This document shows, one piece after another, positions 53,160 to 64,000 of a DNA stretch of 64,000 bases. Position numbers and translations under genes: made by a program. Origin of the DNA: Ramazzottius varieornatus (lineage: Eukaryota > Animalia > Tardigrada). Under the pieces are notes generated by a model. That model was given only the letters and a program-made list of their open reading frames with translations. It was not told where the DNA came from and did not search any database. How positions within the stretch are numbered: position 1 is the first letter of the stretch; each line of letters opens with the position of its first letter. Location: positions 8,465,067-8,529,066 of the forward strand of contig BDGG01000001.1 of assembly GCA_001949185.1 (NCBI GenBank). The letters run 5' to 3'.

Positions 53160-55570
53160 GATCTTTCGTTACGCAAACCTAAACGGGATCAAGTCGAAGT
53201 CGGAAGGGCTGAAAGCGTGGACGGGAAGGGGAAAGGTGGACATCGGCGCCTTCGTCTAAACATGGGCTGATGACAGTGTTACGGATACGTTGACTGCTGA
53301 TCTGAAAAAGTACAACGTCCACAGGAAAGACCGAACTGGCTGTCGAAAGGAGAGTGGTGGTGGCGTAGCTATCATTGTAAAGAAGGATCTGCACACGCTG
53401 AGAGCTACTGAATATGAAGTGGAAGGACTAGAGCTCATGTGGGCGAAGGTTGTGGGGATGAAGATGGTCGCGCTGGTCGGTGTCCTGTATGCTCCATGAT
53501 ACAATATTGAAGTCTTCGCAAAGCTCCGCTGTTCCCTTGAGAATATTCCACCTTATCTTCGAAGAAACATGGTCATGATAGTTGATTTTAACTGTCCTGA
53601 TATCGACTGGGACGACATGTCAGCAAAGAAACCTCGGACAAGGGAGCTGCTTTCCGTCATCGAAGAGTTTGCACTCTTCCAAAGAGTGCGCGGGTTGACC
53701 AGGGAACAGAACGGATCATCGTCGTGGCTGGACCTCCTCTTCGTTACCCAGCTGAGCCTTGTCCGTCAAGTCAACATCCTCCCCAAGCTGACATTTTCGA
53801 ACGACCACTGTGGACTCCAGTGCCTTATAAAGCTGTGGAAAGTCAACTTTCCAGCTCCACCAAAACCAGTCTGGATATCTGAGACCGGAAGTCAGCACGA
53901 ATTTCGTAAAGAGGTTGCCAGCGTTAACTGGACATCGTTATTTGACGCTCATTGTGACTCAGATGTGGCGACTGTTACCTTTGAAGCTAAATTGGTGTAG
54001 ATTGCGCAGAAACATTTCAGGTTGAAGAAGGTTGGATCGAGATGTCTTAACCGACCATCACTCTCCCAGCGGACTATTGACAGTCTTGAGAGACGTGACG
54101 CAGCATTCCGGAAATGGACCAAGACTAAAGATCCAAGGGACTACAGCCTGTGGGTGGATCGTGCAAGGGACTCGAAGAGGCTTCTGAAGGCCAGTAGAAC
54201 GAGGCAATTCCGGAACATCGCCACTCTGTCGAGAAGATGTCCAGACGCGCTATGGAAGGACGGCAAGCGGTCTTCCAAGTCTAAGAGTCTTCCTCCCATT
54301 CCTGTACCTGGCGCCGAGAGAAGTGACTGGTTCATCCCAAAGACAAAGCAGAACACATATCCAGCATTTTCCTCAAGGATTATGGCTCGTGTGGAGTACA
54401 CTGTCAACCACTCAACAATCAAGCCCCATCCACCGTTACAAGATGTGAAGACTGGCTGTCAAATTTGAATGTAACGGACCGGAAGTGGATCGGAAGTGTG
54501 GGAAGTACTTCGGAAACTCCCTGGTAAGAAAGCCGCAGGTTCGTCTCTGCTGACAAACGCTCTCATCAGCTGGCTCAGCTCTCGTCTATCCACTCACTCG
54601 TCTCTTCGACCTTGTCTTGCGCATCAAGCAGTATCCCACCTCCTGGAAGCGAGCAGATGTTCTGCCAGTCCCAAAGAAGGATGGCGCCATCTGGAGGCCG
54701 ATCTTGCTTTTATCCCCTTTGTCTAAAATCTTTGAGAAAGTTTTAGCTATTCGAATTTCAAGCTTTTCAGAGGAAAACCGTCTGTTGACTACGAGACAGT
54801 TTGGTTTCAGGTCGAAGAGAGGCGCAGCTACTTCGCATGGTCCATCGGTGGACGCAAGGCCTGTCGGACAAGAAAGGAAGTGGAAGCAGTGTTCCAAGAC
54901 TGCACCAAGGCGTTCGATAGAGTCCCCCATGAAGTGCTGGTAAAGAGCCTGCAAGACCACGGTATCAACGGCGACCTGGTAGCCCCTCAAGTGATCAGCC
55001 AGCCTAAAGACTGCCGAGCCTTTCGAGAAAGCCTGGATCAGTTGGGTGAGAACTGCGCAGAAGCCGGGCTGAGCCTGAACCCAAGCAAATCGCAGCATCC
55101 TCGCACCTCCTTCAAAAGATCCGGAAGTGTCCCTTTCCCTCATGGTAACTACTCCATCAGCGGTCAGAGGATTGCGACGGAGAGCCGAACCACGTGCTTG
55201 AGAGTCGTAATCGACCGGAAGCTGAACTGGACTGCACAGGTCGACGCAGTGATCGCGAAGTGCCGGAAGCGGCTTCACGCCATTCGCTCGCACTTTCCCT
55301 TGCAGCTTGGCGCGGCGAGGCAGCTGCTGTGCAAGAGTCTAATTCGTCCCGTTGCTGAATACACTGCTCAGTCTGGAACCCCACGAACCACAAGCACCAA
55401 AGACAGTTGGAGCAAGTCAAAAAAGATTTCCTCAAGAGCATCCGGCTGAGCAGGATACTCAAAGGACAGCACGATGGAGACTTCAGCTAATACAAACGTA
55501 CATAACTTCTGCCTTGATCACGAACGAATTTCCGCCCATCTTCGGCAAACTGTCAAAGTCTTCGTGCCTT
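53160..55570 (+). pseudogene. CR1/L2-type LINE ORF2 (APE endonuclease plus RT), decayed
   Basis: YANLNGIKSK, RKDR..GGGVAI, DFNCPDIDW, LDLLF, NDH; WKRADVLPVPKK..RPI.LLS..SKIFEK, QFGFR, KAFDRVPH, LNPSKS; internal deletion of the YADD region. Confidence 0.9.
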
Positions 55571-56587
55571 TGAGTCCTATCTCGATCGATTAGACTTCCG
55601 GAGATTCTCTTGGTGTATTCAAAACGTAGATAATTGTTTGTTTTGATTGGTTTTGTATTCTTTCGAATACTTCTATTATGGCTCTCTTGCCAAATCTTTT
55701 AACTTTTGTCAAGGCTTAGCATTTGCTGGCGATCCAAACACGGGTGAAGCGATTATTGAATTTATTCCTTTTAACTCGGTTCGTAACGGTGAAATTGAAC
55801 CTGTCGACTTATCAAACTGTAACCCGAAGATACACTGGCTACCGCGGATGACCGACCCCTTCCCCCTACCCTTCTATTCGAAAAAATATAGCTTACGTTC
55901 CAGCACTCCGCTTCTGAAAGTGCGACGTGTGTCTTGATGAAAAAGGTCGTTCTAGCTGGTCAGATGAATTTTTACGAAATCGATCAACAAATCAACTAGC
56001 GAAGTAAACTTCGCTGGCGTCAAAAAGTTGCCCGTTTTTGGAACACCGTACCGCAGCTCATCCTCCACGAAACACACGGTTTTTGCTCTCTATAGATGAA
56101 ACAAACATCGATCTATTACGCAGAAGGAAAAGTGAGTCTGTCGCGGAGCTGCGTGCAGCGACCTAGAGTCTATGACTTTTGGTGCGTCGACAATTCAACC
56201 GATTGTCCATAGTCTGCTAATTGACTTCGTGCGCCCCCTCAGTTTTTCAATTTTTTCTCCGCATAAACCGCTGCTTTCATCGTTAGCTGGGCATGAACCT
56301 CCAGTGCAGTCTTCAACTCAAAAGACGCCATGATTCGGCAGAGCTAAGAACGAAACTGCTGTGCGAGATTTAGCCTCCAGGTGAAAAAAATTTTTATTGT
56401 CGCTGGAAACCGCGTCGCCAGCTCTTTCACTGGCCTTACTTTCATTTCTGTTCTAGGCTCGTTAACATGGGATCTGACAGCTGACTGAATCGTAGAATCT
56501 CTGGATGCTTCAGGACTCTTTGCTCATCGCAAGGAGTACCATGCGACACCCGTTGTTTTCTCTATCGGATCATCTAGATATGTCTGA

Positions 56588-58959
56588 CAAGGGATTAACG
56601 CCAATCGGTTCCCTCTGAGGAGATTCAGGATGCGCAGTCTGATAGAGGACAGTTTCCTTCAGAGATTGAGCTAAACAAAAGGTCCGAAAAGAAATCCTGA
56701 AATTAATTATGGGAAGAGGAAGTTAAGTACAAGTTTGCCGCTGGTGACGTAAACGGCAATCTTGCTTTTTGATCTATAGTCCACACTGTATGAAAAACTC
56801 TGCCAAGTGTCAATACAAATCAAGGAATATATAGCTCACAGGGGTGGTAGACATCGTAGAAATGGGAGAAGCAAAGAGGACCCTTGCACCAACCACAAAT
56901 CAACATGACAGTGTTTTTACAGTGTTTTTACAGTGACTAGTCAACTTATCGAAGCAAAACTCGGCAGGGTTGACGTTTCTAATCCATTCACCTGTGTATC
57001 CGGATTCGTACCAAGCTGCGGGAACAAGATTCTCAAATCTAGGAGACTGGAACTGCTGATAGATTAACGAATGTAATTTGAGTATTACATCCCTGTGATG
57101 CATTTGGATAGGTAGGTTGTGCAGAATCACGAAGTTAGAAATCTTTTTGAAGAATCCTTTGTACATTCTGAAAAACAGAACATCGAGAGGCTGAATATCT
57201 CCGGTCACTTTCGATGGGATTCGAAGCACTTCGTATTCCAAGTTCTCAGGTTTGAGTTCCATCACAGAGTCTTGATCGTTGAAAGTCGTCCAGGAATCAG
57301 CCAGCAGAACGCACCGGTCCACCATATGAGGAAAAAAGACCTCAGCGCACCATTCCAAGTAGAGCTTCTTAGTCATCTTTCCTGATGTTGAAGCCCTCAC
57401 GTACAAATTTTCAGCTTTGAACATCGCGCGAGTCACAATTGGCCCAAATACTCCCTTTCGTTCCTGCAAAGTCAGAAAAGGCTTTGGAAGAAACTTGCGA
57501 GTTCCAGGAGAAACAGTCATCATTACGGTGTAACTATGAGTCATGGAGTTTTCGGACTGGGTTATAGCTTCCACTTGTTTGACACCACAAATATCCAACG
57601 TACGACCAGGTCTCATCTCATATTCAAAACCTGACTGATCCGCATTCCACAGACAGTCCAGTCCGTAATCTGCGATCCTTGATCGGACGAGAGCTACACA
57701 GTCGGCGGCGCTCTGTTTCACCTTTGGAAGTTCCTTGAAGGACTTTTCAGTCACAAACTTCGTGATCTTTCGATCGCAAATACTATGATATCTGAAATAA
57801 TTAATTAACTGATTGATTTTAATGATAGATAACAAATCTATCGCTGCAAACTGATATGAAAATATACCGTTTTAGTTTTCCAATCCAGTCAGGAGACGCT
57901 TCGAACCCTCCAAACCCACGGCCTGATTTGCTGTAAGTGCCCATCGACGAAGATTCAGATCCTTGACCACATGCTTCTTCTTCGCCAAAAAGAACTGTAT
58001 CCCAGTTTCCAGTCTAAGCGCTTTCAGCTTGTCCATACGTGAACCACCCGCTTCCACATGCTTCTCCCAATCTTGACGGACACTGGTTACTCTTGTAAAT
58101 CGATTTTGGACTGCTGTAAGACTGCGTCGTTTTTTCGAAGTCGCGTTTCTCCAAAACGCAACCGAACGTTTCTTATAGTCCAAGTCAACCATCTGACTGG
58201 GTTCGGCTCTTGGATCTGGAATCTTTGGAACGAACATTCCATGTGAAGAAGGTTCAGTGCCGCTGGAAGGAGGCTTGGTCGTCACGTTGTCATCCAACTC
58301 CGCTTCGTCAGGAGCGGTCAACAAGTTGAAGCTAATGATAGACTTCTCAGAATCCTCGAACGTTGCATGATCAATTTGCAGATCACACTGGAGATCTTCT
58401 TCGGTTGCTCGTAAAGGTGTGCCAGTTCCTGCAACCTTCTCGTCAATTAAACCTAGACAGTGACAGGTTAGTAGCAACTTCCGACATGGTTTTTAGCAAT
58501 GATTTCGATTTGAGTTACATAATCAGCCTTACCCTTGAGAACTTTCTTCAACAGCTTATCAGCTTCACTTGGGGCATCGTCAAGCTGGAAAGTCTGTCTA
58601 TAATCCACTTCGAGAAGCTTGAGAACATTCATGGGGTTGACGGCGTCCATGTTTTACGGAAGACTCTTGCAAAAAGTGAATGAGTTTTCAAAAGAGATGC
58701 CACTTAAAGGCTGAAAAAGATCAGTACAGAGCATCACTCAATCAAAGGCAAATCAACTACTGAACAATCAAACGTTTTGATTTGGCCATGCCGTTTATGT
58801 CACCAGCGGCAAACTTGTACTTAACTTCCTCTTCCCATAATTAATTTCAAGATTTCTTTTCGGACCTTTTGTTTAGCTCAATCTCTGAAGGAAACTGTCC
58901 TCTATCAGACTGCGCATCCTGAATCTCCTCAGTGGGAACCGATTGGCGTTAATCCCTTG
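56588..58959 (-). mobile_element. Tc4/Tc5-type DNA transposon (2372 bp)
   Basis: About 171-bp near-perfect TIRs starting CAAGGG (56588-56758, 58789-58959); 3-bp TSD TGA within a CTNAG target. Confidence 0.92.
56900..58650 (-). pseudogene. Tc5-like DDD transposase, intron near 57795-57870, with stop and frameshifts
   Basis: WNADQSGF, THSYTVM, STSGKM, LLADSW, IQPLDV motifs; N-terminal ORFs 58650-58468 and 58477-57872. Confidence 0.85.
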
Positions 58960-59548
58960 TGAGAATAAGTGAGATAGAACGGGCGAAAACATGTGACTAG
59001 CTGAACAACCGGAATGCAGGGCGGCTAACTCAACAACCGCCCCTCGCAGTCATGGTTCGGCTAGAACATCGAAACTGAATAATGGAGTCTAAGACTACTC
59101 TTGGTAGGCTTAGGGGATTTCTGGACCAGTAATGTCGTGTGTGCGGCATGTGGGCCGCAACTTTGATCCAGCCAGATTGCAATCAACCCACCGTATCAGC
59201 TTTCCAATAAATTGTATTACACTTTGGTCGATTAACCACAATATCAACTGACCGCTTCGACGTATTATTGATCCGCAAACGGATTCCGTGCGAGCTGTCG
59301 GTTTCTAACTGGGTCGTTACGCAATCAACGAGCACCGAGTTCGTAGGCTCATGTCCAAGCCTACAGTCACTGTCACGGGTCATCGCCACCACCTGGTCCT
59401 CGTTTATAATTCCATACCTTCTGAACCCTTCGTCCGATTCCAGAAACTTAAACACTGTGATGTAGAAGAGACTTTTGGCTTATCGATCACTTGACAGACA
59501 TGTTCCTACTTCAACCGATCAACCGGTGAGCATCGAACGTCTCTCTTC

Positions 59549-60745
59549 GTGAAGTCGAAATTTGGTTCAGTCAACGTCATCTGTTACCCACAGCTGCCAA
59601 AGACTGCCAAACTATCATCATCGTATCCGACGTCAAGTCGTCTAGTGACTGGCGGCACCAGGTGTGATCCCATGTCTGCTGTTTCTGTGGGACCTGGTGG
59701 ACACGACGTCTTGACGGGTCACATGGGACATTCTTCGGGTGAACGATTACAAGGCGAACAAGCAGGCCGAAATGGAAGGGATCCGTGGTTGCTTACCAAC
59801 GCCACCTACCCGACACCAGAAGAGATTGCCGCCATCCTTCGTCATGTCAAGCAGCTGGATGTCCATCGTCAGGTATGCTCCTTCCCAACGTACTCAGTCT
59901 CCCGGGCTCCTTCGCCTCTACCGCAGTACGGCAATGAAATACCTTCCTCACCTACCCCAGTTGTCTACAGTGTCGTTTCAAAAAAGCCATCTCCTTCTAC
60001 TCATTTCAACTTCCCCCCAGTCACTCCTACTGTTGACAAGTTGCTTCGACAAAAATCAGCCTACGTGGTCTTCCAGGATCTGGTTACTGATAGATATGTG
60101 CCTGCTAACACCAAGCGCAAACAACCCGGTGACCCTAGTACAGGACACTTGGTGATCGTTGACTTGCCCTCCTGGCAAGATGTGTTTTTGACTTTCTCTC
60201 TCTATCGGAGCTACTATTACCCCGATATGGCTATACCTTTCCTTGCCTATAGTGGCATTATCCGGGGGTTGGCTTCACGAAAGCCTGACGTGCGCTTTTG
60301 GTTGGAATATGACCAACGTTTCCGTCAAAAGATGGCATTGCCGGATTCTGATGTAACCGGGTGGTACCACGAGGACCGTGATATCGTTAAGGCCGTTAAA
60401 AATAATTTCAAGCCAACTGCTACTACCATCAGCACCGTTGCTCGAGGTCCATACTCTGAGTGGATTCGCACCGCTACTTGCCATATATGCAGCGAGAAGG
60501 GCCATATCGCAACAACATGCCCCAGCAAGAAAGAAGGTGTGAATAGATCTGATAGATTTTCTAACATGAAATCTGATGGCTCTAATTCTAACTCTGATGG
60601 TAATCGACCTAAAGCTGTGGTCCTGGATTGCAGTCGTTTCAACGAACCCGGTGGCCGCGCTGAACCATGTTATCAGAACTATGCCCATAACTGTTCGCAA
60701 TGCCTCAAACTCGGGCATACCAAGCTCACCCATCGCTACGCTTAG
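59549..60745 (+). CDS. gag: Ngaro/DIRS ORF1 (gag-like, CCHC knuckle)
   Basis: WLEYDQRFRQ, CHICSEKGHIATTC, C..FN..C...H.CSQC...GH; first ATG at 59672. Confidence 0.85.
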   Translation: MKSKFGSVNVICYPQLPKTAKLSSSYPTSSRLVTGGTRCDPMSAVSVGPGGHDVLTGHMGHSSGERLQGEQAGRNGRDPWLLTNATYPTPEEIAAILRHVKQLDVHRQVCSFPTYSVSRAPSPLPQYGNEIPSSPTPVVYSVVSKKPSPSTHFNFPPVTPTVDKLLRQKSAYVVFQDLVTDRYVPANTKRKQPGDPSTGHLVIVDLPSWQDVFLTFSLYRSYYYPDMAIPFLAYSGIIRGLASRKPDVRFWLEYDQRFRQKMALPDSDVTGWYHEDRDIVKAVKNNFKPTATTISTVARGPYSEWIRTATCHICSEKGHIATTCPSKKEGVNRSDRFSNMKSDGSNSNSDGNRPKAVVLDCSRFNEPGGRAEPCYQNYAHNCSQCLKLGHTKLTHRYA

Positions 60746-60759
60746 TGTTCCATCTACCT

Positions 60760-62521
60760 CGCTAGCACCCGTTCCTGTTACCACTCATCATTTTACTTCT
60801 GTTGAAATTCCTGATGAAGCATACACCCCGTTGATACCAGAACGGTTCGCTCATGCCCTGAAGGAATATCCCGACTCCGAATTTGCTGATTATTTCGTCA
60901 ATGGTCTTATCAATGGTTTTCGCCCGGGTTATACCGGCCCTGATGTCACTCAAATTACTCCTAACGCTCGAACTGCTCGGGAACACCCTGAGGTCGTACG
61001 CGATTAAAAGAGGTCGCTGCAAAGCACACCGTCGGTCCTTTGGACCATCCGCCTTTTCCCCACTTCATTTGTTCCTCCATGGGTGTACGCCCCAAAAAAC
61101 TAGGCGGAGTTCGCCTTATTATGAACTTGTCCAGACCCTTCAGAAAGTCAGTCAACGATTACATCTCGAAAACAGATTATACCCTTAACTTCTGTTCAGT
61201 CGACGACGCCATTGATATTTGTCTTAAACTTGGAAAGGGCTGTTTGATGGCGAAAACGGATTTGAAGGGCGCCTTTAGACTCATTCCAGTCGCGAAAGAG
61301 GATTGGCATCTGCTTGTTCATATGTGCGATGGAAAATATTACTTCGATACGGTACTGCCGTTTGGGTGTCGATCTTCACCTAGTTTGTTCGATGATCTCT
61401 CCAAAATTCTCGAATGGAAAATTAAGACCACTGGCGGAATGCTCGATGTTTTGCATTACATCGACGATTTCTGGTGGGCTGCACCTAGTTCGTCACCTGC
61501 GTGCCATCATACGTTGATTTTTATACGAGCATTATGTGCACACCTTGGTGTGCCCATAGCGGAAGAAAAAACCGAGGGCCCTACGACTAAACTCACCTTC
61601 CTCGGCATTCAACTCGATACTGAAACTCAGACTATCAGCATTCCGGAAAGTAAAGTTAGGGAAATTCAAGATTTGTTCACGGTATACAAAGCTAGAGTTA
61701 AAGCTACTAAACGGGAAATTCTTAGCATTTGCGGACAATTAGGCTTTGCAACCAAATTAATCCCGGCTGGCAGAATCTTCCTCCGAAGGATGCTCAATCG
61801 TGCACATAAGGTTAAACAACTTGACCATCCTAAACTGAAACTGAACGATGGCTTCAGAGCAGATCTGCAGTGGTGGATAGATTTTCTTCCGACATGGAAT
61901 GGCTCGTGCAAGTTTCTTCTGACAAAATGGGTGGCGACCCCAAGTATGCATCTATTCACCGACGCATCAGATAGCATCGGTTGCGGTGGTGTTTACGGCG
62001 CAGAATGGTTTCAATTACGATGGCCAAGCTGGCTACTTGAAGCCAGACCATCCATTGCTTTGTTGGACCTGTTGCCAGTTTTGATCTCGTGTTGTGTTTG
62101 GGGGTCAAACTGGCAGACAAAGCGAATCTTACTTCATTCCGACAATATGTCGGTGGTCCAGATCTGGGCAAGATGTACGTTATCGAATGTCGCCATCAAG
62201 ACGGTGATACGCCGCATCTATTTTGAAGCGGCAAACAACAACTTCACGCTAAGAATAACGCACATAAGCGGCGTCGATAATACATTGGCTGATGCTGTGT
62301 CTAGATTCGACAACGCGCGGTTCTTCGAAAATCATCCCAAGGCCAATACCGAGCCCATAATGGTAGACAGCATCCTAGATTTTCTACGGGAGATGATGCT
62401 AGAACCCGGAAACTGTTCGAACTCGATGCAAGATCGCGAGAGCTCGTCAGTAAGCGATTGGCTACCTCTACCAGAAAAGGCTACCGAAGTGGATTTGAGC
62501 GATTTCGCTCTTTCTGTTTGA
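60760..62521 (+). CDS. pol: Ngaro/DIRS RT-RNaseH, one frameshift near 61003
   Basis: GLINGF..GY.GP, GVRPKK, LPFGCRSSP, HYIDDF, KTEGP, FTDAS, DNTLADAVSR; no methyltransferase domain (Ngaro-like). Confidence 0.93.
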
Positions 62522-63341
62522 GCCATCATCTCCCTTATCTCCCTATGGATCGCCAAACCATCAGACGGTTCGTTTCCTGGTTGGATAGCGAAGGGCTAAG
62601 CGGGAAAACAGCGACAGTCTATGTAGCCGGCGTACGTTCAGAACAACTGGAGCACGGTTTCGAAGATCCTGGTAGAAATGACCATTACCTCTCAATGACG
62701 TTGAAAGGTCTAACCAACCAAACCCGTCCCGACACATACAAGAGAAAGCCTCTGACAATAGAGCATTTACGACAGCTCAAAGCTGACCTATTCGGATCTC
62801 TCATTCCTCGACACGACCAACTGATGCTTTGGTCGGCTTTCACCATGGCCTTCTACGGCATGTTACGTGTGTCCGAGTATACCAGTTCGAATGAGACAAG
62901 CTTTGACAAATCAAACCTTGTCCTGAACGACTTACAAATATCCTGCGATTCGGTCCAAATATGTTTGCGGCGAGATAAAACCCATCGCAAAACCGCACCT
63001 CCTGCAATTTATCTAGCAAAAACTCAAACGGATACTTGTCCCGTACAAGCCCTTCACGCTTATTTGCTAGTCAGTCTTCAGCAAGGCATACACCATTATT
63101 CATTTCCCATGATGGATGCTACCTGACTCGCCAACGTGTCAATCGCGAGCTACAAATTTTTCTCGGGAATGGCTTTACCTCTCATAGTTTCCGGATAGGA
63201 GCGGCTTCGACGGCTTCTAAAGCCGGATGCTCCATGGAACAGATTAGGGCCATGGGTAGATGGAGCAGCGACGTTTCAAACCGATACGTCCGACCAGATA
63301 TGGTCTCCTTGACCCAAGCTATGCTGCGAATCTCAGGTTAG
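62458..63341 (+). CDS. Tyrosine recombinase, one frameshift near 63070
   Basis: AFYGMLRVSE, RDKT, CPV, SHSFRIGAAS, MGRWSS..NRYVR; catalytic R-K-H-R-W-Y set present; overlaps pol by 64 nt. Confidence 0.93.
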
Positions 63342-63799
63342 TTCAATCAGCCTTCGCTTGGGGTCTGTGTTTGGGGACTGTGCAAAGGCTGGGCAAATGG
63401 CTTACGCAATTGTGTATATCCGCCTACCTTGACAGTTTACCTTCATTGACCCCAAGTACTTCCGTGTTCGCTTCGTAATTAACGAAGGTCCGGGCGTCAA
63501 TAAACGTCTGCATATGTCTCAAACAAAGAAGTTTCTGACACTTTGGAGAGTCTTACTGGTATCGAAGAGGTCAAAACTTAGTGACGACGATAACACAGCG
63601 CATACATGATTGAAAATTATTTTTGCGATCATTAATGATTTATATCTAGTCTCTGTTTAGACAATGAGGAAGCAAAGCACTCCAGGACAATAAATGAATT
63701 TACCGGTTAGCCGGATCTGGTGACGATCGATATTGGGGTTGCTGCAACGATCAAATTCTAATTAGCTAAGCAGTAGCTCCGAATGTATCTTTTCGGTAC

Positions 63800-64000
63800 C
63801 TACTTGATCGCGGGGTGGTAGTGGTAGTAGTAGTGGTGGTGGTGGTGGTGGTAGTCGGCGTTGGACCTGTGACTGCAGTAGTTGAGGGAGTTGTAGTAGT
63901 GGTGGTGGTTGAGGTGAAAGCGGTTCTTCGGATGGTGACGAGACGCTGTTTTCGCGTAGATAGCTGCTGATTCGAAACATGGATCGCATGTTTTTGCGAC
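63800..64000 (-). CDS. Probable 3' exon of a Thr-rich (mucin-like) host gene running off the right edge
   Basis: Open frame ...RRTAFTSTTTTTTTPSTTAVTGPTPTTTTTTTTTTTTPAIK*, encoded by mixed acc/act codons. Confidence 0.45.
   Translation of the reverse strand, partial: VAKTCDPCFESAAIYAKTASRHHPKNRFHLNHHHYYNSLNYCSHRSNADYHHHHHHYYYHYHPAIK

Noticed and set aside
60275-60784. 169-aa and 105-aa minus-strand ORFs
   Set aside because: Antisense shadows of the Ngaro gag/pol; no motifs
63762-63989. Pro-rich ORF in the supplied track
   Set aside because: Alternative frame of the same triplet-rich tract; third-position variation fits the Thr-rich frame at least as well

Overview
Eukaryotic, animal-like nuclear DNA with short 65-95 nt GT-AG introns. 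An invertebrate such as a tardigrade is plausible but cannot be proven from this window. It is a dense, nested transposon graveyard. DNA transposons: a maT (DD37D) remnant, a full-length pogo element, a Tc4/Tc5-type element (171-bp TIRs, TGA TSD), hAT and MULE remnants, several MITEs and an intron-containing Polinton pPolB fossil. Retroelements: CRE- and CR1/L2-type LINE fossils, a solo LTR and three Ngaro/DIRS tyrosine-recombinase retrotransposon copies, one nearly intact. Host-type genes are few: one apparently intact two-exon glycosyltransferase-like gene (24334-25730), a decayed HtrL/YibB-like gene and a Thr-rich exon at the right edge. The top lead is a decayed, spliceosomal-intron-containing YfjI/DUF3987-type AAA+ helicase gene whose Walker A motif (GPQGCGKT) appears only after splicing. 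It is co-oriented with an RPA70-like OB-fold gene and followed by a Helitron-like 3' hairpin, so it may be the fossil of an undescribed self-replicating element. The second lead is a TIR element that forms a precisely spliceable intron inside the HtrL-like gene (introner-like). All family calls rest on manual motif recognition; no searches were run.
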